Shown here one piece after another: positions 1-9,707 of a stretch of 42,094 nucleotides of DNA. The stretch spans positions 1-42,094 of the forward strand of contig JBHLLU010000034.1 in the NCBI GenBank assembly GCA_048938895.1, in the 5' to 3' direction. Source of the DNA: Promethearchaeota archaeon (GTDB lineage Archaea; Asgardarchaeota; Lokiarchaeia; Sigyniarchaeales; SOKP01). The translations under genes were made by a program, and so were the position numbers. The notes under the pieces are model-generated. The model was not told where the DNA came from, ran no database searches, and saw only the letters and a list, made by a program, of their open reading frames with translations. Positions within the stretch are counted from its first letter, which is position 1; every line of letters starts with the position of its first letter.

Positions 1-41
1 GCCCAAGCCAAGATATCCACCAAATAGCGGAGGCGTATTGG
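1..41 (-). rRNA. rrl: 23S rRNA, 5' end only (runs off the left edge; 5' boundary approximate)
   Basis: Minus strand reads ...CCGCTATTTGGTGGATATCTTGGCTTGGGC, matching the conserved archaeal 23S opening (…TGGTGGATnnCTYGGCTYnGG…). GC-richer than its surroundings and preceded by a structured non-coding leader. Confidence 0.7.
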
Positions 42-355
42 CGTCTAATTGAGGAAAGATTCAGATTGCTTGCCTAAGGGTTTGCGTATTCTGAATTGGT
101 AAAAAATTCTTAAATCGAGACGATTAATAAAGTAGACTTTAATAATATAGGGAGTATGTTCTTATGAGCACGATTTTTCATGCTTGGCTCTGGTAAGCTT
201 AAACAAACCAATGTGGTGGTCAGTTTAAGTACCCACGTCCTGTGGCACCAATTACTTGACCGAAGTCTTTTGATGGTGTACTTCAGTGGGACCTAAGCCA
301 GCTATTGGCTCTACATCATCATATAAGATGAGGTATTTTTCTAACCAATAACTTG
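42..355 (-). other. Structured pre-23S leader / external transcribed spacer
   Basis: No ORF. Nested complementary segments: 343-352/301-310, 296-300/185-189, 286-290/232-236, 223-229/198-204, 90-96/59-65. Confidence 0.5.
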
Positions 356-638
356 TCGATGGATGAAATAATACTCCTCTTGTTCTATTATAAACATCAA
401 CGACGAAATATAAGAGTAAATATTTGGTTAAAAATTTTACGGTCAGAATACATAAACTTTAAAAACCAAATTTAGGAGTCTGATATAAAATAATTAAAGA
501 GTTAATAATAATCTGAATAAGAAAATACATTAATAAAATTAGAAAATTACCTCAATTTTAAAGTTTAAATAGGAATAAAGTTATTTATTAGCAATAGGGA
601 ATGTCGATTCGTAATGACTCTTATTTAAAGAATCAATA

Positions 639-1508
639 ATGACACAAAAGATTTTGATTGGCACTTCTGGATGGGGTTATGATGAATGGATCGGGCCATT
701 CTATCCAAAGAGCCTAAAAAAGGAAGATTTTCTACTATACTATTCTGAGATTTTCTTTACTAATGAGATAAATACTACGTTTTATAATACTCCTTCAAGG
801 TGGGTGGTACAGAATTGGGTAAATAAAACGCCTAAAAACTTCTTGTTTTCAGCAAAAATCCCTCAGACTATTACACATGAGAACTTCTTAGACATTGATT
901 TATGTTTGAGAGATTTAAATTATTTTTTAGATTCGATGGAGCCATTAGTGAAATCTAAAAAGTTGTTATCCTTTTTGATCCAATTACCTCCGACGTTTAA
1001 AAAAAATAAGCATTTTGGAAACTTAAAAGAATTTTTTGATAATTGGCCTGGTAATTATGACAAGAATGGATATAAATTAGTAGTGGAGTTTAGACATAAA
1101 TCATGGATGGATGATGAGGTATTTAACTATCTAAAGGATGAATCAATTACATATTGTGCTGTTATTGAGCCTTTACTACCTCCTAGAATGGATATAACTA
1201 CTTCGGAATTGCTATACATTCGATTTCATGGTTATGGGGAGAAAATATGGTTTGATTATTTTTTCAAAGAGGAAGAAATAAAGAAATGGGCGCAATCAAT
1301 AGGAGAAATAGCTCCAAAAGTAGAAAAGATTGGGATATATTTTAATAACCATTTTTCCGGTTATGCTGCGAAGAACTCAATTATGCTGATGAAAGAATTG
1401 GGAGTTCATCCAAGGAATCCTCCCAATAAGGTCAATATTTTAGAGATTAAAAAGAAAACAGGAGAATATTCTAAGGGGCAAACAGACTTGGATAAATTTT
1501 TAAAATAA
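639..1508 (+). CDS. DUF72 (YecE-like) family protein
   Basis: IGTSGWGY..W...FYP, EINTTFY, LIQLPP, VEFRH.SW, YIRFHG and YFNNH..G.A motifs. Confidence 0.9.
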   Translation: MTQKILIGTSGWGYDEWIGPFYPKSLKKEDFLLYYSEIFFTNEINTTFYNTPSRWVVQNWVNKTPKNFLFSAKIPQTITHENFLDIDLCLRDLNYFLDSMEPLVKSKKLLSFLIQLPPTFKKNKHFGNLKEFFDNWPGNYDKNGYKLVVEFRHKSWMDDEVFNYLKDESITYCAVIEPLLPPRMDITTSELLYIRFHGYGEKIWFDYFFKEEEIKKWAQSIGEIAPKVEKIGIYFNNHFSGYAAKNSIMLMKELGVHPRNPPNKVNILEIKKKTGEYSKGQTDLDKFLK

Positions 1509-1551
1509 TGCTGTAATCTTAGTTATAATTATCAGGTTTAATTGACGGAAG

Positions 1552-2559
1552 TTGAACAAAAGAACAATAAGAATTGGTATTATTGGTGCTGGATCTATAG
1601 GAAGTTTATTTGGTGGGTATTTAGCAAATATTAAATCTGATATTTATGAATTTCAAATAATCTTCTTTTGTATGAAAGACCATGCTGATGCTATTGGCAA
1701 GGATGGATTAAAGATCTATAAGGATCAAGATGTAAAGGAAATATATGGTATAAAAGCGTATGAAAACGAGAATGCTCTAAAAGATATGTCTAGAAGGGAT
1801 TCGGAATTTAGATTTAATTATATGTTTTTAACTACAAAAACGTATGATTTAGAAAGGGCTGTTTTACAATATAAAGATCTTATTGATATTAGTAATTGGT
1901 TAGTTATTTTACAGAATGGAATTGGAAATGAGGATATTGTTAGTAATTACATATCAAAATCGAAAATAATAAGGATTGTGACTTCACATGGTGCATTTTT
2001 AGAATCCCCCGGAAATTTAATTCATACTGGAGTGGGATTTACGAAAATTGGTTTCCCATATCTTGAAATATTCAATAAAAATTCTTCTAAGTTGGAAAAC
2101 GCGAAGAAAAATTTGATGCTTATAAATGATCTTCTTGAATTAGCGGGATTTGAAACTCAGATTGTTGAGGATATTAATAAAGAATCTTGGGAAAAAGTGT
2201 TTGTAAATGTAGGAATAAATGCGTTTGGGGCTTTAACAAATCTAAAAAATGGTCAGTTATTAGAATCTGAAGGCTTAAAGCATTTGATGGCCGAAGCTGT
2301 TGAAGAAGCCGTCCAAGTTGCAAAAAAGAAGGAAATCCAGCTTTCAAATAAAGACTTTGTTGCTGAAACTTATGATGTTGCGAGAAAGACTTCAAACAAC
2401 AGGAACTCGATGCTACAGGACATTTTGAATGGGACTCCAACTGAAATTGATTTTATTAACGGGAGAGTGTTGAAATATGCTCAAGAATTAGGAATTAAAA
2501 CCCCAGTTAATAAATTATTAACTCATTTGATTAAGGGATTAGAATCTTCGTTAATCTAA
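1552..2559 (+). CDS. panE: 2-dehydropantoate (ketopantoate) reductase
   Basis: Rossmann GAGSIG, TTKTYD, LQNGIGNE, WEKVFVN..IN, SMLQD...G..TEIDFING. TTG start. Confidence 0.92.
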   Translation: MNKRTIRIGIIGAGSIGSLFGGYLANIKSDIYEFQIIFFCMKDHADAIGKDGLKIYKDQDVKEIYGIKAYENENALKDMSRRDSEFRFNYMFLTTKTYDLERAVLQYKDLIDISNWLVILQNGIGNEDIVSNYISKSKIIRIVTSHGAFLESPGNLIHTGVGFTKIGFPYLEIFNKNSSKLENAKKNLMLINDLLELAGFETQIVEDINKESWEKVFVNVGINAFGALTNLKNGQLLESEGLKHLMAEAVEEAVQVAKKKEIQLSNKDFVAETYDVARKTSNNRNSMLQDILNGTPTEIDFINGRVLKYAQELGIKTPVNKLLTHLIKGLESSLI

Positions 2560-3086
2560 CTCTTTTTTGTTTTTCGGGTCATAAAATAAGCGTTTTCCCC
2601 ATCTCGATAATAATTCTTTTTGATATTCGCGATTACAAATTTGAATTGTTCGTACAGTCTAATTGCATTATGATTGGACACTCTTACTTCTAATACATAT
2701 TCATGAATCTTATGTCTCTTTATTGCTTGCATGCTATTAGTTAAAAGACTTTTAGCAATTCCCCTCTTTCGGTATTCTTGAGAAACAGCAATTGAAACAA
2801 GGTGTCCTTTATTGATATATCGTAGGCTATCGAAGGATGGACTCTTTTCTACCCTCCACATTATATAGCCAACAATATCTCCTTGGCTGTTTTGAGCAAT
2901 AAGAAATGATTCTGGATAATTATCAAGAATACTTTTATAAAAGAAGTAAGGGTAATCTTCTGGAAGTTCTTCTTCATTTACTTTTATTACGCCATCTAAA
3001 TCGTCTAAACTACATCTTTTTATAGTAATTCTTTCGTTGCTGGAGGCGTTAAATGGATCGACTTTTAAGTCTTTATTAGTTGTCAT
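2556..3086 (-). CDS. GNAT N-terminal acetyltransferase, Ard1/Naa10/RimI family
   Basis: LPEDY, GHLVSIAV...YRKRGIA, LEVRVSN..AIRLYE, YYRDGENAY. Confidence 0.9.
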   Translation of the reverse strand: MTTNKDLKVDPFNASSNERITIKRCSLDDLDGVIKVNEEELPEDYPYFFYKSILDNYPESFLIAQNSQGDIVGYIMWRVEKSPSFDSLRYINKGHLVSIAVSQEYRKRGIAKSLLTNSMQAIKRHKIHEYVLEVRVSNHNAIRLYEQFKFVIANIKKNYYRDGENAYFMTRKTKKS

Positions 3087-3180
3087 TGTAATACATGCTT
3101 AAAAGATTAACAAAAGAACAGCATTATTAATATATAAGTTATAATATTTGAAACTTTTAAGTTTTTACGTCTCAAAATTT

Positions 3181-3978
3181 TCATTTCCCGAGGATTTTGA
3201 AAGCATCCTTTTTTTGTTGTTCAATATAATGAATGATTAGATCGAGGGTATCTTGAATATTTTTTTTATTATCAAATTCATCGATAATCTTGTTTAATGA
3301 ACTGCGATTTAATTTTTTTAGTTCGTTTGTTACTTTTATCATTTCGGGTATTACTCTGATTATGTTATCAATTATGGTTATATCTGCCCATAATGCAGTT
3401 CTACTTAAAGGATTTAAATCCACGGCTATAACTTTCTTGTTTAGTTTTTTCAAGGCTTCTGTACGATCTCCATCTTCTAACGGAACCATTACAACATCAG
3501 CTTTTCCAATGAAGTCTACTTTTCTCCTATTACTTTCAAGTCCTTCAAGCTCAACCATAGCATCTTCATTTATTCCTTTGATATCAGTAGCTCCAGCTTT
3601 GGTTAAAACATTCTTGATAGCTTCAATTCGACCTTCTTTTGGATAAAACAAATTAATTTCAAGTGGTATACCCAATAATTTTGAGAGAGTTACAAGTTCT
3701 TCGGGTACTAGAGCAGCAACATTTCCATTTACGCTAATTACAGGTTTTTTCGCTATTAATAACATAGCCACAGCGACTTTGATTGCATTTTTCGCGGATT
3801 GAGACGTTTTTTCACCTAAAATATAATCAAAACATTCACCTCTACCATGGGCTATTAATCCTGCTTCTGCAACCACTAAACTTTTCATACCTTCGATAAT
3901 TCTGTGCCTAAATTTAAGGCTTTGATATCGAGGATGGGATATAGGAACATTATTGTTTTCATTTTCATTCAAAGCCAT
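3181..3978 (-). CDS. Phosphopantothenate synthetase (4-phosphopantoate--beta-alanine ligase), archaeal CoA pathway
   Basis: SHPRY.SL..R, GLIAHGRGECFDYILGE, SVNGN.AAL, VPLEDGDR, DLNPLSRT. Confidence 0.93.
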   Translation of the reverse strand: MALNENENNNVPISHPRYQSLKFRHRIIEGMKSLVVAEAGLIAHGRGECFDYILGEKTSQSAKNAIKVAVAMLLIAKKPVISVNGNVAALVPEELVTLSKLLGIPLEINLFYPKEGRIEAIKNVLTKAGATDIKGINEDAMVELEGLESNRRKVDFIGKADVVMVPLEDGDRTEALKKLNKKVIAVDLNPLSRTALWADITIIDNIIRVIPEMIKVTNELKKLNRSSLNKIIDEFDNKKNIQDTLDLIIHYIEQQKKDAFKILGK

Positions 3979-4063
3979 TTAATTTCACTTCTGTTAAATA
4001 AAGATCTTTATATAGATTGGTATAAAGAAAAAATATTAATTTTTTGTATAATTTTAATCTATA

Positions 4064-5347
4064 TTGATGAATATGTGTGCAGCAGTAAAAAAAAAAGCTA
4101 ATGATTTAAGCATTTATAGAACTAAACAAAAATTAGATGACCTTAGGCAAAAAAAAGGATTTCATACAGAATTAATTTCATTATATATTCCTCACGATAG
4201 AAAGATTTCAGATGTAACTAATTATTTAAAGAACGAAATTAGTGAAAGCCAAAATATTAAATCGAAATTAACCAGAAAAAATGTATTAGATAGTATTAAT
4301 AGTTTGTTAGGACAGTTAAGAAATATAAATGAAGTACCTGACAATGGGTTAGTCATGTTTTCAGGAGCAATCCCTCAAAATAACACTCCAGGTACTGAAA
4401 GAAATGAATTGACAATTGTAGAACCCCCTGACAGAATTACAACGTTTAGATATCATTGTGCAAACGAATTTTTATTATGGCCCTTAGAAGAGATGCTGAT
4501 TCCTAGCGAAACATATGGATTATTGGTAATTGGACGAAAAGAGGCAGCAGTAGGCTATATAAAAGGGAGTACTGTCGAAGTTATAAAGGAATTTACTTCT
4601 GGAATTCATTCAAAACATAGAGCTGGGGGTCAGTCACAGAGGAGATTTGAAAGATTAAATGAAGAAGCAGAAATTGCTTTCTATCGACGAATTTCTGAAA
4701 CTGTAAATGAGGCATTTTTAGAATTTGAAGATTTACAGGGTATTTTTGTTGGAGGACCCGGACCTTCAAAAGAGAAATTTGTGAAAGATGATAGTCTAGA
4801 TTATAGATTACGGGACAAAATTCTTGATGTTGTAGATATTGGCTATGGTGGTTTTGAAGGAATAAGGGCTTTAATAGAAAAAGTAAAAGAACAAATGGAA
4901 AACATTAAATATATTCGTGAAAAAGAAGCTATGCAAAGTTTTATGAAAGAAATTTCTAGTGAAACAGGTTTGGCGACTTATGGTTTAGAAGAGATACGAA
5001 GAGCGTTAAATTTTGGGGCTGTGGACACGCTACTATTATCTGAAAAGTTGGATACTCACAATGTCAAACTAAAATGCTCAAACTGTGATTATAGTGAAAG
5101 TAAAATAGTAAAGGAAAGTGACTTAGAGAACTTTAAAGGGTTAGTTCAAGAAGATATTTGTCCTAAGTGTAGTTCAAACTCATTCAAGATTAATGAAATT
5201 GATTCTATAATTGAGGAACTTGGAGAAATAGCCGAATCAACAGGCTCGAATATTGAAATTTTAAGTACTGAAACAGAAGAGGGTGAAATGTTATATAGTA
5301 CTTTTGGGGGAATTGCTGCGATTCTTCGTTATAAAATTGATTATTAA
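4064..5347 (+). CDS. prf1: Peptide chain release factor aRF1 (true start probably ATG 4067 or 4073)
   Basis: TELISLYIP, NIKS, HRAGGQSQRRFER and C-terminal FGGIAAILRY; Zn-ribbon insert (CSNC...CPKC). Confidence 0.97.
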   Translation: MMNMCAAVKKKANDLSIYRTKQKLDDLRQKKGFHTELISLYIPHDRKISDVTNYLKNEISESQNIKSKLTRKNVLDSINSLLGQLRNINEVPDNGLVMFSGAIPQNNTPGTERNELTIVEPPDRITTFRYHCANEFLLWPLEEMLIPSETYGLLVIGRKEAAVGYIKGSTVEVIKEFTSGIHSKHRAGGQSQRRFERLNEEAEIAFYRRISETVNEAFLEFEDLQGIFVGGPGPSKEKFVKDDSLDYRLRDKILDVVDIGYGGFEGIRALIEKVKEQMENIKYIREKEAMQSFMKEISSETGLATYGLEEIRRALNFGAVDTLLLSEKLDTHNVKLKCSNCDYSESKIVKESDLENFKGLVQEDICPKCSSNSFKINEIDSIIEELGEIAESTGSNIEILSTETEEGEMLYSTFGGIAAILRYKIDY

Positions 5348-5413
5348 TTTCAGAAGAAATAGATTGTAAAGTTTTTTAATTCTTAAAGTAATACAAAAGG
5401 AGCAATTTCAAAG

Positions 5414-6403
5414 ATGGAATTGAAGGATCTTTTATTAAACTTAAAAATGATTATGTTTGGAGGAAAGGGAGGTGTAGGTAAAACCAGTTGTGCTGCGAGT
5501 TCAGCAATTTGGGCCGCAGAACATGGTCGTAATACATTGATAATAAGTACAGATCCCGCTCATTCGTTAGGAGATAGTTTGGGTGTTGAATTACAACCTG
5601 GAATCCCTACTCCCATTGAAGGAATAGGTAATTTAACTGCGTTAGAAATTAACCCAAAAACAAATATGGCAGAGCTTCAGGGATTAACTAATATAAATCC
5701 AATGGAAGAAATGGGTATGTCTGGATTAATGGATAATTTTCCTCTATTTGGGGATATGGAAGAATTAACTTCGATGACCCCTCCAGGGATAGATGAAGCT
5801 TTAGCTTTTGGGAAAATCTTAGAATTTGTCGAGACTGAACATGATTATGATTTAATAATATTTGATACAGCTCCTACGGGACATACTCTAAGGTTTTTAA
5901 GCTTACCAGAAACACTATCAGGATGGATTGGAAAGCTTATAAAAATGAGAGTTAAAATCGGGAATATGTTTGGGGCTTTTAAGCGATTATTTACAAGGGA
6001 AGAAAGAAAAGAGGATAATACATTAGAAGTATTAGAGCGATTGAATGATTCAATCATAAATGCCAGAGAAGATCTTACTAATCCCGTTAGGAACTCCTTT
6101 ATTATTGTGATGATACCTGAAGAAATGGCTATAACAGAAACTGGAAGATTGTTAAATGAATTGATTAAGAATAATATTCCTGTGTCCAATATTGTTGTGA
6201 ATCAATTGTATCAAGATTCAACTGAACTGTGTGATTTCTGTAAAGCTAGGAGACAGATGCAAAATAGAAATTTGTTAAAGATAAGAGAAATTTTTGGAGA
6301 GAATTTACATAAGAATTTAATTGAAGTGCCATTGTTTAAAGAAGAAGTAAGAGAATACGACAGATTAAAAGAAATGGGACACTATTTAATTGAGGAATCT
6401 TAA
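5414..6403 (+). CDS. ArsA/Get3 (TRC40)-family ATPase
   Basis: GKGGVGKT, STDPAHSL, PGIDE, FDTAPTGHTLRFL, C-terminal CDFC. Single ATPase domain. Confidence 0.92.
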   Translation: MELKDLLLNLKMIMFGGKGGVGKTSCAASSAIWAAEHGRNTLIISTDPAHSLGDSLGVELQPGIPTPIEGIGNLTALEINPKTNMAELQGLTNINPMEEMGMSGLMDNFPLFGDMEELTSMTPPGIDEALAFGKILEFVETEHDYDLIIFDTAPTGHTLRFLSLPETLSGWIGKLIKMRVKIGNMFGAFKRLFTREERKEDNTLEVLERLNDSIINAREDLTNPVRNSFIIVMIPEEMAITETGRLLNELIKNNIPVSNIVVNQLYQDSTELCDFCKARRQMQNRNLLKIREIFGENLHKNLIEVPLFKEEVREYDRLKEMGHYLIEES

Positions 6404-7377
6404 TTTTTAAACTCTTTTACATAATTACAATAAGAACAGAATTGATCATTTGTAGTTGGATAACCACAAGATTGACAGGTGTAATAATTTGTTTTTTCAA
6501 TATTATTATAAAGTAGATGGGATAATTCAAGAAATCCATTGAGGAGATTGAATTCGATTTCTGCGCTGGATTTTTTACAATTTTGAATAAATTCTAATAC
6601 CCTTTTTCTCAATATAGGGTCAACTTCTCTATAAGGACAGTGTGAAGGGTAATAATTGAACTTCTTGATGTTTACATAAAGGAAGATTTCTTCTTCTGGG
6701 ATTCTCATTAAAGGCGTAATTTTCTTAATAAAGAATTTACTTAATTTTGGATCCCGTTCCTTAAATATGTATTGATTGGCTATTAAATGAAACCTTTTGT
6801 AGAGAATATTCATAAGAAATGTCTCTGCTATGTCTGTGAGATTATGTCCCATGGCTAAGATAGTTCCCCCTAATCTTTTTGCCTCATCATTCAAAAGTCT
6901 TCTTCTTATAATAGCACAATAATTACATGCATATTTATAATCTGGAAGTTTCTTTCTGATTTCAATGATCTCATCCAAAGTATGGCCAACTTGCTCTTTA
7001 AAAGAGATTATATGATGTTCGACGTTTAACTCTTCACAAAAGTCAATTGCATTTTTGATACTATTCTCTCTATAATCTTTTATACCTTCATCTATTGTTA
7101 AAGCTATTATTTCTCTAGGATGGTATAGCTTTTTTTGAATTAGTGCTAGATTATACAGAAGAGTAAATGAATCTTTTCCACCAGAAAGAGCAACAAGAAT
7201 CTTATCATCAGGTTGTAGCATCTTATATTTTGAAATAGTGTTAGAAATAGATTTTTCAATGTTCGTTTCAAAGCAATTTGGACATAAATTTTCACCCGAA
7301 TACTTTCTTTGAATTACAATTGAGTTATTGCAATACGAGCATTTCCCTGTTTTTAAGAAAATATTATAGTTAGTCAT
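6400..7377 (-). CDS. tRNA 2-thiolation protein, TtuA/Ncs6 family
   Basis: PP-loop SGGKDS, N- and C-terminal CxxC Zn fingers, ACNYCAIIRR, GHN..D, CPY. Confidence 0.9.
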   Translation of the reverse strand: MTNYNIFLKTGKCSYCNNSIVIQRKYSGENLCPNCFETNIEKSISNTISKYKMLQPDDKILVALSGGKDSFTLLYNLALIQKKLYHPREIIALTIDEGIKDYRENSIKNAIDFCEELNVEHHIISFKEQVGHTLDEIIEIRKKLPDYKYACNYCAIIRRRLLNDEAKRLGGTILAMGHNLTDIAETFLMNILYKRFHLIANQYIFKERDPKLSKFFIKKITPLMRIPEEEIFLYVNIKKFNYYPSHCPYREVDPILRKRVLEFIQNCKKSSAEIEFNLLNGFLELSHLLYNNIEKTNYYTCQSCGYPTTNDQFCSYCNYVKEFKN

Positions 7378-7407
7378 TTATATCATTTGAGAGACGAAAA
7401 TCTATAA

Positions 7408-9231
7408 TTAAATCCAAAAGAGTAAGCCACCAAACTTAATAAAAGATAGGACAAAATTACCAATGAGGATAAATAAAGTTATAGCTCGTAATGAATTGAG
7501 AAGAGTTCTCTTTATTTTAGCCTTTTCATCATAATAATGATTATATGTGATTTCAATTACAGTATCTTCAGTTAATTGAGTCTGTTCAGGAAGGTTTAAT
7601 ACAACGGTGTCTTTATATCCATCTCTAATCTTATCAATTAGTTCATACTTATCTTCTGAAAGTTCAATGGTACTTGATTCATTTAATCTTGATTTATCTT
7701 TCATTACTATTTTTATTGAATTTATACTTTCAACTCGATATTCTGATAACGCATAAAATTTCTCTTTTTTATTGAAATAAAATTTTTCTTTTTTCTTTTT
7801 TGGTGATGATGAGTAGTTTTCACCAAATCCCCAATTAATTAATTCCTTGACAACCCTATCTCCATCAAATACTGGCAGAGGTAACATATTAAAGAGAGTA
7901 ATACTAAAGGCTATTAAAAAGAGCCAAGATATCTCCCTTAAGACAAATTCTGGAAAAAAACTTGTGAAGAATTTCCCAACATCATTTTTATACATAAAGT
8001 AGGAACTACTAAGAATTCCAATATAAACCCCTACCGTTTCCACATCTAAAGTCCAATTCATTGATTGCCGACTTAAAGTTAAATTGGTTAACTTATAAGT
8101 CGTTAACACTCTCTCAAGAGTATCCCCATTTGAAACGTTGATAGAAATTCCGTTTATTTGGTGGATAATTAAACCTACAGTTAAATTTTTATCATAATTA
8201 TTCCCTCCTTCATCTTCAGAAAAAATTCTTGTTATTTCCAGTCCACTTCCATTTGAAAGATATTCATAATTAATGCCTATATTATAGCGAGGGCCTAAAG
8301 TGATATTTTTTACTAAAAACTTATCTGATGAGGGTTTATATGTTTTTAGCGTTAGATTGTCTCCTACAGAGCATATTAAGGAGGTTTTATTATTTAAAAC
8401 CTTAGTTAGTGAAATCCCTTTAAATCCATCAAGTTTTATATAATCCGAATCGGGAGTTCCTTCTTTTTTAATAGCAATGATTACGTCTCCTCTTGAGATG
8501 CTTCCATAGTTAAAACCCCCTTGTTCTTCAGTTAACACTAGATTTATTTGGGGAACTTGTCTATAATATGGTGAAGTCATTAGGGGAAAACATAGAATTA
8601 AGATAAAAGCGACTCCTGCGGTAATACCATTAACATAGGTTCCAGCAGCAGCAATCCGTAATCTTGTATATCTACTGACTTTGATTGAATTTGCTTCTCT
8701 CTCATCTATTTCAACAAAAGCACCAAAACCGATGATATAAAAGAGGCCTGCACCGAGAACTCCTGTAGATTTAATATCTAGCCCATCTGAATTTGCTGCA
8801 ATTCCATGTGCAAATTCATGAGTGGTGATTATAAATAAGAGAGGAAGAATCAAGTAGACAAATACTGGGAGATCTATCGTTACTCCAGGAATGAGGGGTA
8901 GAACAGCTTGTTCTATTCTTGGTCTAAAAATGAGATTGATGAAATTTGTAAAAAAGAAATAAAAAGCATAAATAACAATTCCAAATGAAATAAAAATACC
9001 TATTGTCCAGAATATTCTCCAAAATTTTGGAGCTTTCCTTGATAACTTTTTAATGAAATTATTCAATTTTTTTGTTTTAAACATTGCTAATAATGGAAAA
9101 AAAAGATACGCTGCGCCTTCTTTCTTTCGCAGGAAATAAACTAATACTAACACTATTAACCAAAAGATTAAAGATAAAAGAAACCAAGGATTGAGGAAAA
9201 AATCAATCAATGCGGAGTTCAATAAAGTCAT
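7408..9231 (-). CDS. Site-2 protease (M50 family) intramembrane metalloprotease with PDZ-like inserts
   Basis: HEFAH, GAFVE, AAG...N, NMLPLPVFDG motifs and multiple hydrophobic helices. Confidence 0.92.
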   Translation of the reverse strand: MTLLNSALIDFFLNPWFLLSLIFWLIVLVLVYFLRKKEGAAYLFFPLLAMFKTKKLNNFIKKLSRKAPKFWRIFWTIGIFISFGIVIYAFYFFFTNFINLIFRPRIEQAVLPLIPGVTIDLPVFVYLILPLLFIITTHEFAHGIAANSDGLDIKSTGVLGAGLFYIIGFGAFVEIDEREANSIKVSRYTRLRIAAAGTYVNGITAGVAFILILCFPLMTSPYYRQVPQINLVLTEEQGGFNYGSISRGDVIIAIKKEGTPDSDYIKLDGFKGISLTKVLNNKTSLICSVGDNLTLKTYKPSSDKFLVKNITLGPRYNIGINYEYLSNGSGLEITRIFSEDEGGNNYDKNLTVGLIIHQINGISINVSNGDTLERVLTTYKLTNLTLSRQSMNWTLDVETVGVYIGILSSSYFMYKNDVGKFFTSFFPEFVLREISWLFLIAFSITLFNMLPLPVFDGDRVVKELINWGFGENYSSSPKKKKEKFYFNKKEKFYALSEYRVESINSIKIVMKDKSRLNESSTIELSEDKYELIDKIRDGYKDTVVLNLPEQTQLTEDTVIEITYNHYYDEKAKIKRTLLNSLRAITLFILIGNFVLSFIKFGGLLFWI

Positions 9232-9291
9232 AAAGCTTAGGTTATATTTATTGCAGTTTTATAGGGTAATTTAAATTTGAAGTTAAAGTTT

Positions 9292-9310
9292 ATGATGAAA
9301 AATTCATCAT
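9292..9310. promoter_or_regulatory. Perfect 8-3-8 palindrome, possible operator
   Basis: ATGATGAA-aaa-TTCATCAT in the divergent S2P / tRNA-iMet intergenic region. Confidence 0.3.
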
Positions 9311-9457
9311 TACTATAATCTAGACTTTTTAATTGTAACGAGTTCTATTTCCGTAATAGGTAATTTATAAAAAGTAAAAGATTTAATTATGGGGTTTCTA
9401 TTGCAATATATATAACTACTATATATCAAACAAAAAATACGCAAGAGATGCATTTAA

Positions 9458-9561
9458 AGCGGGGTGGGCTAGCCTGGTTTATGCCGCAGGGCTCATAAAT
9501 GGTATTTCCACTCCATAGAGAAACCCTGAGATCGTTCGTTCAAATCGAACCCCCGCTACCA
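9458..9561 (+). tRNA. Initiator tRNA-Met(CAT) with 25-nt canonical 37/38 intron (9498-9522); CCA encoded
   Basis: AGCGGGG/CCCCGCT acceptor with A1-U72, three consecutive G-C pairs in the anticodon stem, TTCAAAT T-loop, relaxed BHB. Confidence 0.93.
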
Positions 9562-9707
9562 TTTTTTATTACATTACCGTTTAAAATTCTGAAAGACTTA
9601 GATAAAAAAATAGAAAAAAGAAGGATTTTAATATTATTCCTTTAATAAATATCCCTAAATTATATGTGATGAATTTGTTTGTTATCACAATTAGGTAATG
9701 ATTCATC

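Noticed and set aside
217-226. 10-nt complementarity between the 23S leader and the 16S helix-44 tip (42015-42024)
   Set aside because: Short enough to arise by chance, and both segments have local pairing partners.
4075-4101. A10 run and out-of-frame GTG...TAA at the start of aRF1, reminiscent of RF2-style frameshift autoregulation
   Set aside because: The aRF1 frame is open from its own ATGs (4067, 4073), so no recoding is needed, and A-runs are common in this DNA.
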